Of a stretch of DNA of 64,000 nucleotides, positions 51,124 through 60,232 are shown piece after piece (the stretch's first letter is position 1; each line of letters begins with the position of its first letter). The notes beneath the pieces were generated by a model. It saw only the letters and a program-made list of their open reading frames with translations. It did no database searches and was not told the origin of the DNA. Both the position numbers and the translations under genes were made by a program. The stretch is taken from assembly GCA_963724295.1 (NCBI GenBank), contig CAVRUC010000013.1:32001-96000 (forward strand), read 5' to 3'. Source of the stretch: an uncultured Chloroflexia bacterium. GTDB taxonomy: Bacteria > Chloroflexota > Chloroflexia > Thermomicrobiales > UBA6265.

Positions 51124-51810
51124 GCTCGTCCGGCATTCTCGAGGTCGACCCGAGTTGGCGCGAGGCGCATCCCGGTGCCACCGTCGGTCTGATCGCCATA
51201 CGGGGAGTCACCAATCCCGCTAGCGACGATCGCCTGAACGATCTCGCGAGCGCGCTGGAGACCGACGTGCGCTCCCGCTTCGGGTCGGCTGATCGCGAGA
51301 CGATCCGCGCCACCCCACCCCTCCCCGCCTACGCCGCGTACTACAAGCGCTGGGGCCAGCGGTACCACGTCGCCATGCAGCTCGAATCGGTGGCCCAGAA
51401 GGGGAAAGCGCTCCCGCGCGTCGCCGCGTTGGTCGAGGCCATGTTCATCGCCGAATTGAGGAACCTGCTCCTCACCGCCGGCCACGATCTCGACGCACTC
51501 CAGCTGCCAGTTCGGCTGTCTGTGGGAGCGGGCGAGTCATTCACCGCCCCCAACGGCCAGGAGACGACTGTCAAATCTGGCGACATGGTCATCACCGACG
51601 CTCGAGGGCGGGTTCTCTCGGCGATCATCACCGGACCGTCCGATGTCGCCCGCATCGGACCAGAGACGACCGCCGCCCTCTTTTACTCGTATGCGCCGCC
51701 GGGCGTCGATTCCGGCCTGGTCGATGCTCATCTCGCATGAGATCGAGCGCAACGTCCGGTTGATCTCGCCCGACGGGAAGGTTCTCGCCCGGGAGATCGT
51801 GAAGGCGTGA
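51120..51810 (+). CDS. Stand-alone B3/B4 (PheT-like) tRNA-editing domain protein; frameshift near 51735
   Basis: AY..YY..., LP.V..LV, GHDLD, G.E.F, GD....D; reading continues EIERNV...KA-TGA 51810 after removing one base. Confidence 0.8.
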
Positions 51811-51912
51811 AAATCCGGCTCCTTCTTCGTCAGGGTTACGTGTCTCGAACCGCGACTCGGGAGTGCCGCTGCGCCACTTGGGGAGAGCGCAGGGTCGATA
51901 CACGCCCTCATT

Positions 51913-53262
51913 TCAAACGGCAGCAAGCGAAAAGTCGGGTAACCACGCGGCCTCCGCGGTAAAAAGATCGTCAACCATCGCCCGGATCTGGGGCAGAGTG
52001 AGCACCGCCGCCGTGAGGGGATCGAGCATGATTGCATGGTAGACGTGCTCGCGATTCCCGGAGAATGCGGCTTCCACCGCCAGTTCCTGAACGTTGATCA
52101 TTGCCCGGTTTAGTGCTGCGCACTGCGGTGGCAGCGCGCCGACCGCGAACGGGCGGACGCCGGTCGAGTCGACGTGGCACGGCGCTTCGACGCAGCATCC
52201 CTCGGGCAGATTGGTGATCACGCCGCGGTTCGGCACGTTGCCGTAGATGACGCTTGGTTCGCCCGTCTCCAGCGCGCGGATCAGCGTGGCACCGTATTCA
52301 TGGGATGGTCTGAGCTCGCTCGTCAACTCGGCGAGGAGCGATTCCGTGTGGCCCGTGTCGTCATGGGATGCGCAGAGCTCGTAGTAGTCCCAGCGCTCGG
52401 GCAGATATTCGGCGACGAGCGCGGCGTTCTTGCGGAAATACGGAACATACTCCGATGAATGGTGGCTCGATTCGGTGTGGAAATAGCCGAAAGCCTCCAT
52501 CATCTCGGTCCGAACGCGCTCCATGCGACCCTCATAGAGTGTCGCCTCGGGGTCGGGGCCGATTTCAGTCCACTGGCCGTCGCCCCCCGCGCCATAGCGG
52601 AGGTCCATCACCCGCCGAATCTCCGGGTAGAGGTCACGCTGGCCGTGCTGGACGCGGAGAAACCAGGCGCAATGGTTGATGCCAGCCGCCAGGAATTGCA
52701 CCTCGTCGTAGGGGACGCCGACCTGCCGAGCCAGGAGCCGGGAGCCGGCTTGGATGCTGTGGCAGAGACCGACGGTCTTCTGCCCCAGCCGGTCGAGGTA
52801 CCAGCAGAGCATCGCCATCGGATTGGCGTAGTTGATCAGGAGCCCGTCCGGTGCCAGCTCGCGCAGATCGGCGACGAGCTCGCGCATGACCGGGGCGGTA
52901 CGCAGGAAGCGGAAGACGCCGCCCGGTCCGAGGGTGTCGCCGACAGTCTGGTCGATCCCGTAGCGGCGGGGAATCTGGACGTCGTGCCGGTACGCCTCCA
53001 GCCCGCCAATCTGGAAGGTGACAATGACGTAGTCAGCGCCGTCGAGCGCCCGCCGGCGGTCGGTAGTGGCTTCGATGCGGGTGGGAAGGCAATGGCTAGC
53101 GACGAGGGCACTCGCGGCGCTGGCAGTGCTCTCCAGCCGGCCGGGGTCGATGTCCATCAGTGCCAGTGTTGAATCGTGGAGCTCGGGGTGGCTGAGGATG
53201 TCGCCAACGAGTCGCAGTGGAAAGACGTAGCCTCCCGCCCCAATGATCGCGATCTTTGCCAA
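51913..53262 (-). CDS. Family 4 glycoside hydrolase (MelA-like, NAD+/Mn2+-dependent), paralogue 1
   Basis: KIAIIGAG, AL.GADYV, D..IP.RYG..QTVGDT.GPGG.FR.LRT, NYANP, GLCH, AGINH, ESS.H.SEY. Confidence 0.93.
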   Translation of the reverse strand: MAKIAIIGAGGYVFPLRLVGDILSHPELHDSTLALMDIDPGRLESTASAASALVASHCLPTRIEATTDRRRALDGADYVIVTFQIGGLEAYRHDVQIPRRYGIDQTVGDTLGPGGVFRFLRTAPVMRELVADLRELAPDGLLINYANPMAMLCWYLDRLGQKTVGLCHSIQAGSRLLARQVGVPYDEVQFLAAGINHCAWFLRVQHGQRDLYPEIRRVMDLRYGAGGDGQWTEIGPDPEATLYEGRMERVRTEMMEAFGYFHTESSHHSSEYVPYFRKNAALVAEYLPERWDYYELCASHDDTGHTESLLAELTSELRPSHEYGATLIRALETGEPSVIYGNVPNRGVITNLPEGCCVEAPCHVDSTGVRPFAVGALPPQCAALNRAMINVQELAVEAAFSGNREHVYHAIMLDPLTAAVLTLPQIRAMVDDLFTAEAAWLPDFSLAAV

Positions 53263-53507
53263 CTTCCCCTCGCTTTCGACGCACACGCCTCGTCTACGGC
53301 TCGACTGCCTCACCACCTGGACCAGGCAGAAGACAGAGTTGCCACCATTGTGCGATATTTCCAAATACTGAATCGAGTGCGGAAAAACCGTACGCAGTGG
53401 AGGTTGGGAGACTGCCTCTCGCAATGCGGAAGCCGGCAATCGCCTGGGATCGGTGTCGCGGGAGGCAGTGAAGCGGAACGCCTAGAAGGGAACAAGGAGG
53501 TTCACCT

Positions 53508-54869
53508 ATGCCACGACAGATCAGCATCGCGCGACGAAATCTGCTCAAAGGCGCCGGGGCGCTTGCAGCGGGCATGGCGCTCCAGCGAGCACATCTGACC
53601 GGGGCCCAGGATGCCTCGCCCACCGCCGAGCCGGAAGAGGTCACCTACAGCCAGCCGGTCGAAGGAAAGACCAACGTCTCCTGGTGGACGATCAATAACC
53701 CATCCTGGGTCGACGGCAACATCAAGATGATCACGGCCTTCCAGGAAGCAAACCCCGATATCAACATCGTCTATCAGTATTTTCCGTATGACGTCCTGAT
53801 CAGCAAGCTGCAGGCAGGCTACAACTCCGGCACCGTCGCCGACATGCAGCAGATGTTCGGCACCTGGGTGACCGACTACGCCGCTTTCGGCCTCCTCGAT
53901 CCGGTTCCGGCGGACCTGGCCGGGGAGGGGTTCGCCGACCGCTTCTGGGAAGCGTCGATCGGGGCGTTCACCTACAACGAGCAGTACTACGGCATGCCGA
54001 AGGAGTTCAATCTCGAGAACGGTGGCCTGCTGGTCAACCCGGAAATCGTCGAAGCGGAAGGCATTCCCGCGCAGCCGGGAACCTGGCAGGAACTGATCGA
54101 CAGCGCCGTCAAAGCCACCAAATACGATGACCAGGGCCGCATCACGCAGGCCGGTTTCATGATGACCGGCAACGATCCGATCGTCTTCCTCTTCCTGGAA
54201 ATGATTCTGCAGCAAGGCGCCACCTACTGGGCCGACGACGGCGTGCACGTCAATTTCCAGACCGACGCCGCCAAGAAAGCCTGGCAGGACGAGGTCGATC
54301 TGGTCACCAAGTACCACGTTGACGACCTAACTTCGTACGACAGACAACAGGAAATCAACTTCTTCTTCCAGGGCCACGCCGCCTATGCGATGAAAGGCCC
54401 CTGGGTGATCCCGGAAGGGCAGAGGACCTTCCCCGACATGGAGTTCATTTACGTCCCGATGCCGCCTTACATGGGAACGGAAAACATCTTCGCGGCCGAA
54501 TCAGGCTGGGGCGAGGTGGTGAACGTCAATGCCGCGCCCGAGATCAAGGCCGCGGCCTGGAAGTTCATCGACTTCATGACGCAGCCGGACAACCTGCGCG
54601 TGTGGAATCTTTCCACCTACACTCTGCCGTCGTTGAAGTCGATGCAGAACGATCCGCAGATCCTCGAAGTCGCCCCCCTCATGAAGGTCTCCTTCGACGT
54701 CCTACCCTACGGCAGGTGGGTGGGACCGGTGCACAACCGCGACCGCTTCTGGCAGTCGGTCATTGACGCCTTCACTGGTGCCTGCCTCGGCCAGTTGGAT
54801 CCGGCGACGGCGTTGACGCAGGCCGAACAGGAGATCAACGCCATGATCGACGAGTTCGCCGGGCCATAA
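53508..54869 (+). CDS. Carbohydrate ABC (CUT1) substrate-binding protein, Tat signal
   Basis: RRNLLK Tat motif; F...NP.I.I, YG.P, P.TW.EL, F.QG.AA....GPW, AAWKFI.F. Confidence 0.92.
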   Translation: MPRQISIARRNLLKGAGALAAGMALQRAHLTGAQDASPTAEPEEVTYSQPVEGKTNVSWWTINNPSWVDGNIKMITAFQEANPDINIVYQYFPYDVLISKLQAGYNSGTVADMQQMFGTWVTDYAAFGLLDPVPADLAGEGFADRFWEASIGAFTYNEQYYGMPKEFNLENGGLLVNPEIVEAEGIPAQPGTWQELIDSAVKATKYDDQGRITQAGFMMTGNDPIVFLFLEMILQQGATYWADDGVHVNFQTDAAKKAWQDEVDLVTKYHVDDLTSYDRQQEINFFFQGHAAYAMKGPWVIPEGQRTFPDMEFIYVPMPPYMGTENIFAAESGWGEVVNVNAAPEIKAAAWKFIDFMTQPDNLRVWNLSTYTLPSLKSMQNDPQILEVAPLMKVSFDVLPYGRWVGPVHNRDRFWQSVIDAFTGACLGQLDPATALTQAEQEINAMIDEFAGP

Positions 54870-54901
54870 CGTCTGACTGTACGAAAGCGGGACGCGCAGT
54901 C

Positions 54902-55846
54902 ATGGCCGTTACCACACTCGAAATCCCGGCAGAGCCGCGGGCGGCGCGCCGCCCGCGGCCGCCTGGCTACGCCAGCCAGATGGCCTTCGTCGCCAGTGGG
55001 CTCATCCCGATCCTGGCCCTCTTCGCCATCTTCGCCTTCGCTCCGGTTGGCATCGTCCTCTGGCTCAGCCTGCATCGCTACAACCAGTTGGCGCCGACGG
55101 CGCCTTTCATCGGGCTGCGCAACTACGAGTTCGCCTTCACGCAGGACCCCTACTTCACGAACGCGCTCTTCGTGACGTTGAAGTACGCGCTGGTCGCCGT
55201 GCCGTTCAACTTGATCATCGCCCTGCCGATTGCCATAGGATTGAATCAGGTGACGCGCCTGCGCGCTGTCTTCCGCTCGGCCTTCTTCCTGCCGACGGTG
55301 GCCTCGGCGGTGGCGGTCTCCCTGATTTGGAACTACATGTACTCGCCGCAAGCGGGCGCGGTGAACGCTTTGTTGAGTCGGTTTGGCTTGCCTCAACCGT
55401 CCTGGATGGCTGATCCCGTCGTCACGCTCTGGGCGATTTTGGTCACCGCCGTCTGGCAGGATCTCGGCTACAACATTCTCATCCTGCTGGCCGGCTTGCA
55501 GACAATCCCCGATGACTTCTACGACGCGGCGAAGGTGGATGGCGCGGGCCCGTTCGCCCGCTTCAAGGACGTCACCATTCCCTTGCTGAGCCGGACGCTG
55601 CTGCTAGTAACCGTGCTAACGATGATTTCCTATCTGCAGCAGTTCACCTATGTCAACATCATGCCTGCCGGTGGACCAGGCGGGCCGATCCACACCACCG
55701 AGACGCTCGTCCTCTACGTCTACACCAAGGCCTTCTCGAACATGCAACTCGGCTACGCCTCGGCCATCTCAGTGGTGCTGATGGCGATCATTCTGATTGT
55801 TACCCTCATCCAGTTCCGGTTCCTGCGCACGCGCTGGGAGTATTGA
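54902..55846 (+). CDS. Carbohydrate ABC permease (MalF/UgpA type)
   Basis: F.GL.NY, FFLP.V, W...GY...I.LAGLQ.IP...Y.AA..DGA, GYASA. Confidence 0.95.
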   Translation: MAVTTLEIPAEPRAARRPRPPGYASQMAFVASGLIPILALFAIFAFAPVGIVLWLSLHRYNQLAPTAPFIGLRNYEFAFTQDPYFTNALFVTLKYALVAVPFNLIIALPIAIGLNQVTRLRAVFRSAFFLPTVASAVAVSLIWNYMYSPQAGAVNALLSRFGLPQPSWMADPVVTLWAILVTAVWQDLGYNILILLAGLQTIPDDFYDAAKVDGAGPFARFKDVTIPLLSRTLLLVTVLTMISYLQQFTYVNIMPAGGPGGPIHTTETLVLYVYTKAFSNMQLGYASAISVVLMAIILIVTLIQFRFLRTRWEY

Positions 55847-55849
55847 GCC

Positions 55850-56704
55850 ATGGAGCAGACACTCGACGAGCGCCCGGCGAGCCAGCAGAGCTGGAATCTT
55901 GGCCAGTTTCTCTTGATCGCCCTCTTTGTCGTCGTCACCATCATCTTTGTCATGCCGTTGGTGGTGATGGTCCTCAGCGCCTTCAAGCCACAGTCCGAGA
56001 TCCTGCGTATCCCACCGTCGTTCTGGCCGGAAGCGCCAACCCTCGACAATTTCCGCGCCGTGCTCAACGAGGCACCGTATGGGACGTGGTACCGCAACAG
56101 CATGGTGGTGGCGGTGGCGGTGACGACGATGAACCTCCTCACCAGCTCCCTCGGCGGCTACATCTTCGCCAACTTCGACTTTCCGCTGAAACAGCCTCTC
56201 TTCATCCTGATCTTGATCACCTTGATGATCCCCTTCCCCGTGTTGCTGATTCCGAACTACATCATCGCCAATCGCCTTGGCGTGCTGAACAGCCTCTGGG
56301 CGCTGATCCTGCCCGGAATGGTCAGCGCCTTTGGCATCTTCTTGATGCGTCAGTTCGCCGCCGGCATCCCGCGCGACCTGATCGAAGCGGCGCGTCTTGA
56401 CGGCGCCAGCGAGTGGTCGATCTTCGCCCGCATAGTCGCGCCGCTAATGCGGCCGGCGCTGGCGGCGCTGGGCGTCTTCACCTTCCTGGCTTCATGGAAC
56501 GACTACCTCTGGCCGCTCGTGGCGATCAACGATCTCGACAAGAGCACGATCCCGCTGGCGCTGGCGTTCTTCAACGACTTCCGCGCGTCCCGCTACGACC
56601 TCATCATGGCCGCGGCGACGATGGCCGTCATCCCAGTGCTGGTCGTCTTCCTGATTTTCCAACGGCAGATCGTCAAGGCCCTGGTTCTGGCTGGGATGCG
56701 GTAA
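55850..56704 (+). CDS. Carbohydrate ABC permease (MalG/UgpE type)
   Basis: TL.NF, NS, MIP..V...P.Y, FLMRQF...IP..L.EAARLDGA, WNDYLWPL, FQRQ. Confidence 0.95.
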   Translation: MEQTLDERPASQQSWNLGQFLLIALFVVVTIIFVMPLVVMVLSAFKPQSEILRIPPSFWPEAPTLDNFRAVLNEAPYGTWYRNSMVVAVAVTTMNLLTSSLGGYIFANFDFPLKQPLFILILITLMIPFPVLLIPNYIIANRLGVLNSLWALILPGMVSAFGIFLMRQFAAGIPRDLIEAARLDGASEWSIFARIVAPLMRPALAALGVFTFLASWNDYLWPLVAINDLDKSTIPLALAFFNDFRASRYDLIMAAATMAVIPVLVVFLIFQRQIVKALVLAGMR

Positions 56705-56752
56705 GTTCCGCATCGAGATCGAGGCGGACTGGCTGGCTCCGCCGGAGGAGAA

Positions 56753-57505
56753 ATGGCAATGCAGGTGGTACAGACTGAAATCGATGTCGAACGCTACGCA
56801 CGGGAGGGGTATCTCACCGCGCCGTCCGTCTTGTCGCCCGATCAGCTCGCGGAGCTGCGGGCGGAGTCGGACCGGGTACTCGCCCTCTGCGCGCGCGAAC
56901 CCGAGCGGTATGCGCAGCGGATCCAATGGGAGACCGATCACCTGGCGAGCGAAGACCAACGCGGCATGGAGCGAGTGATTCGGAAGTTGGAGCCCGTCTC
57001 CGATCTCAGCCCGGCGTTTGCCCACTACGCCAGGCACCCGGGCATCATCGATCCGTTGCGCAAGATCTTCGACGACGATGTCTCACTTTTCGAAGACAAG
57101 CTCAACCTCAAGTTGCCTGGTGGCTCGGCGTACCCCTGGCACCAGGACTGGGCCTGTTGCTGGCGTGCGCACACGGACGAGTTGATCACCTGTTTCATCT
57201 ACCTGGACGATGCGGACGAGACCATGGGCTGCCTGCAGGTGGTGCCGGGCAGTCATCTCGGAAAGCCGATCTGCCCCTTCAAACCGGGCAGCAAGTTCGA
57301 GATCGATCCATCGTGCGTAGATGTGGACAAGGTGGTTCCCGTGCCACTGCAGGCGGGAGGGATGATCTACTTCGACCCCTACCTGTTGCACTACTCCGAT
57401 CTGAACCGCAGCACAAAGCCGCGGCGGACGATCATCTATACCTACAATCCGGCGCGGCTCGGCGCTATCAACGAGGATCGCTTCCTGCCTGAAAGCGCTG
57501 TTTAG
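56753..57505 (+). CDS. Phytanoyl-CoA dioxygenase (PhyH) family Fe(II)/2-oxoglutarate oxygenase
   Basis: Y..EGY, K.PGG, WHQD, LDDA....GCL.VVPGSH, LH.S..N.S...RR. Confidence 0.92.
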   Translation: MAMQVVQTEIDVERYAREGYLTAPSVLSPDQLAELRAESDRVLALCAREPERYAQRIQWETDHLASEDQRGMERVIRKLEPVSDLSPAFAHYARHPGIIDPLRKIFDDDVSLFEDKLNLKLPGGSAYPWHQDWACCWRAHTDELITCFIYLDDADETMGCLQVVPGSHLGKPICPFKPGSKFEIDPSCVDVDKVVPVPLQAGGMIYFDPYLLHYSDLNRSTKPRRTIIYTYNPARLGAINEDRFLPESAV

Positions 57506-57537
57506 GCGATCTCATCCCAGGGTCAGGAAAGACGCAC

Positions 57538-58896
57538 GTGAAAATCGTCATCATTGGTGCGGGCAGCACGGTTTTCACCCCCGGTCTCATTGCCGATCTG
57601 ACTGGATCCACACTCTTCGCGGACGCCACCGTTGCGCTCGTCGACATCAACCCCCGTTCGGCCGAGACGATGGCACGCTATGCCGAGCGGGTCGCCCGTG
57701 AACGCGGTGTTGGACTGCGGGTCGAATATGCCACCGACCGCCGCGAGGTGCTCGCCGGCGCCGACTTCGTCACCGTCACCATCGCCGTCGGTGGGGTGAA
57801 AGCCTGGGAGCGCGACGTCCGCATCCCCGAGGCGCACGGTGTCTGGCAGACCGTCGGCGATAGCGTGGGACCCGGCGGCGTCTTCCGCGCTCTGCGCCAT
57901 GTGCCGGAGCTCGTCGCCATCGCCCGGGACATGGAAGAGCTCTGTCCCGACGCCTGGCTCTTCAACTACACCAATCCGCTCACCGCGCTCGTGCGCGCCG
58001 TCCACAAGACAAGCCCCATTAGATGCGCCGGGCTCTGCCACGGAGTGCTCCACACTCGGGAGACCATCGCACACGATCTTGGGCTCAATCCGGCTGATCT
58101 CAATCTGACCGCGGCCGGAATCAATCACCTGGCCTGGGTGCTCGCCCTCCGGCACGACGGCCGGGACGTCTACCCTCGCTTCCGGGAACTGGTTCGCGGT
58201 TGGTTGACCTCAGCGCCGCCACCGTCCGACGATCCGTACGAAGGGTTCCAGGAGGTCAGCGCCCGACTCATGGAGCTGTATGGCTTCTATCCGTCGCCGG
58301 GGGATCGCCACGTCGCCGAGTTCTTCCCATTCTTTCTCCGTCAGACCCGTGACGGCCTGGGTTACGGATTGCAATCGGGCTTGGACATGACGAACGACAT
58401 CCTCGCCTCCCGTGACGAGCGGTGGGATCGCATCGCCGATCAGGCTGAGGGGCGCACCGAGCTGGACCGCACGCTGTTTGATGAGGCGCGGGAGGGTGAG
58501 CGCGTGGTCTCGATCATGGAGGCGATCGTGATGGACCGACCGCTGCTGGAGCTGGCGGTCAATGTGCGCAATGACGGATTGATCCCGAACCTCCCGGCGG
58601 AGGCGGTCGTCGAGGTTCCAGGCCTGGCCGATGGTCGCGGAGTCCACGGTATTGCCGTTGGCGCCTTGCCAGAGGGGATCGCGGGTATCCTCGCCGCGCG
58701 CGCCCGACAGCAGGAGTTGACGGTCGACGCGGCGCTGACCGGTGACCGGGCGCTGGCGTTGCAGGCGCTCCTGGCTGACCCTCTTGTCCCATCAGTCGAG
58801 ACGGCGACGGCGATGCTCGACGAAGCCATCGAGACCCATGCCACACATCTGCCCTGGTTCACTTCAGCCTTTGCCACATCGGGGCAACCTGGATAA
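57538..58896 (+). CDS. Family 4 glycoside hydrolase, paralogue 2
   Basis: KIVIIGAGS.VF, GADFV, QTVGDS.GPGG.FRALR, NYTNP, GLCH, AGINH, GDRH.AEF, N..N.G.I.NLP. Confidence 0.93.
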   Translation: MKIVIIGAGSTVFTPGLIADLTGSTLFADATVALVDINPRSAETMARYAERVARERGVGLRVEYATDRREVLAGADFVTVTIAVGGVKAWERDVRIPEAHGVWQTVGDSVGPGGVFRALRHVPELVAIARDMEELCPDAWLFNYTNPLTALVRAVHKTSPIRCAGLCHGVLHTRETIAHDLGLNPADLNLTAAGINHLAWVLALRHDGRDVYPRFRELVRGWLTSAPPPSDDPYEGFQEVSARLMELYGFYPSPGDRHVAEFFPFFLRQTRDGLGYGLQSGLDMTNDILASRDERWDRIADQAEGRTELDRTLFDEAREGERVVSIMEAIVMDRPLLELAVNVRNDGLIPNLPAEAVVEVPGLADGRGVHGIAVGALPEGIAGILAARARQQELTVDAALTGDRALALQALLADPLVPSVETATAMLDEAIETHATHLPWFTSAFATSGQPG

Positions 58897-58955
58897 GAGA
58901 CGGCTGATTCTGCTCCCTATGAACCATTGAGAGCTGGACGAAGGAATCACGCTCA

Positions 58956-60065
58956 GTGGGCTCACGTGACACCACGGTGAATCTGACGCTACGCGAATAC
59001 GAACCGCAGCCAATGTTGACGGTGGAGGCGCATGAAGTCCTCCAGCCGCGCTTCCCGGTCATCGACGCGCACAATCACCTCGGCGACGCGTTCCTCACCT
59101 GGAGCGAGGACTGGCTCAGCCGGCCGGTCAGCCAGCTCATCGCGACGATGGACGAAGCCGGCGTGCACGCCATGGTCGACCTCGATGGCCGATGGGGCGA
59201 CCTTCTGCGCGCCGAGCTTGCCCGCTATCAGGAACCCTATCCGGACCGCTTCGCCGTCTTCTCCGGGATCGACTACGACAATTTCGCGACCGACCCCAGT
59301 TTTGGCGAGACGGAGGCGAAGCGCCTGCGCGAGTCGGTGGCCCTCGGCGCGCGCGGCTTGAAGGTCTGGAAGAGGCTTGGGCTGCGCCTGCGCGATACCG
59401 AGGGGAAGCTCATCCCGGTCGACGATCCCCGGCTCGATCCGCTCTGGGCGGCGGCGGCTGAGCTCGACGTGCCGGTCCTGATTCACATCGCCGACCCGGT
59501 CGCCTTCTTTACGCCGCTCGACCGCTTCAACGAGCGCTGGGAGGAGCTCCACGAAAACCCGGACTGGCACTTCTACCCGACGCGGCCAAAGGGTGCCCTC
59601 AGCCATCCCGACTTTCCGTCGTTCGACGAGATCATGGAGCAGTTCGAGAGTCTGCTGCGGCGGCATCCCGGCACAGACTTCATCGGCGCGCACGTCGGCT
59701 GCTACGCCGAAAATCTCGGCTGGGTCGGCCGGGTCATGGATGCCTGTCCGAACTTCTACGCCGACATCAGCGCGCGCATCGCCGAGCTTGGCCGCCAGCC
59801 ATACACGGCGCGCGACTTCTTTATCGCGCACCAGGACCGTATCCTTTTCGGCACCGACTCCCAGCCCGACCTACAAACCTACGCCATTTACTACCGCTTC
59901 CTGGAAACGCGCGATGAATACTTCAGCTACGGCCGGGAGCAACCGCCCGGCGCCGGCCGCTGGCAGATCTACGGTCTTGATCTGCCCGATGATGTGCTCA
60001 GGAAGGTCTACGCGGAGAATGCGCGGCGGGTGATATTCGACAGGCAGTCGGGCAGCAACGCGTAG
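58956..60065 (+). CDS. Amidohydrolase_2 family metal-dependent hydrolase
   Basis: VIDAHNH, GA.GLK, PVLIH.ADP, FIGAH, D.SAR..ELGRQP, RILFGTD, K.Y..NA. Confidence 0.9.
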   Translation: MGSRDTTVNLTLREYEPQPMLTVEAHEVLQPRFPVIDAHNHLGDAFLTWSEDWLSRPVSQLIATMDEAGVHAMVDLDGRWGDLLRAELARYQEPYPDRFAVFSGIDYDNFATDPSFGETEAKRLRESVALGARGLKVWKRLGLRLRDTEGKLIPVDDPRLDPLWAAAAELDVPVLIHIADPVAFFTPLDRFNERWEELHENPDWHFYPTRPKGALSHPDFPSFDEIMEQFESLLRRHPGTDFIGAHVGCYAENLGWVGRVMDACPNFYADISARIAELGRQPYTARDFFIAHQDRILFGTDSQPDLQTYAIYYRFLETRDEYFSYGREQPPGAGRWQIYGLDLPDDVLRKVYAENARRVIFDRQSGSNA

Positions 60066-60232
60066 CTGGCGTCATGCCGACAAGCATCGAGGAATCTCGG
60101 CGCAGCGCCTGTGGACGCTGGAGAACGACGAGTTGCCTCGTAGGTTGGGATGATACGACTCGCACTCGCCACGCCGACTGCCGCCACGCCGTCAGGGTGA
60201 CGGGAATCAATCACGGAAGGAACGACGTTCAC

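Noticed and set aside
51738..51740. Selenocysteine or readthrough TGA in the B3/4 gene
   Set aside because: The plausible continuation is in a different frame, so a one-base insertion explains it.
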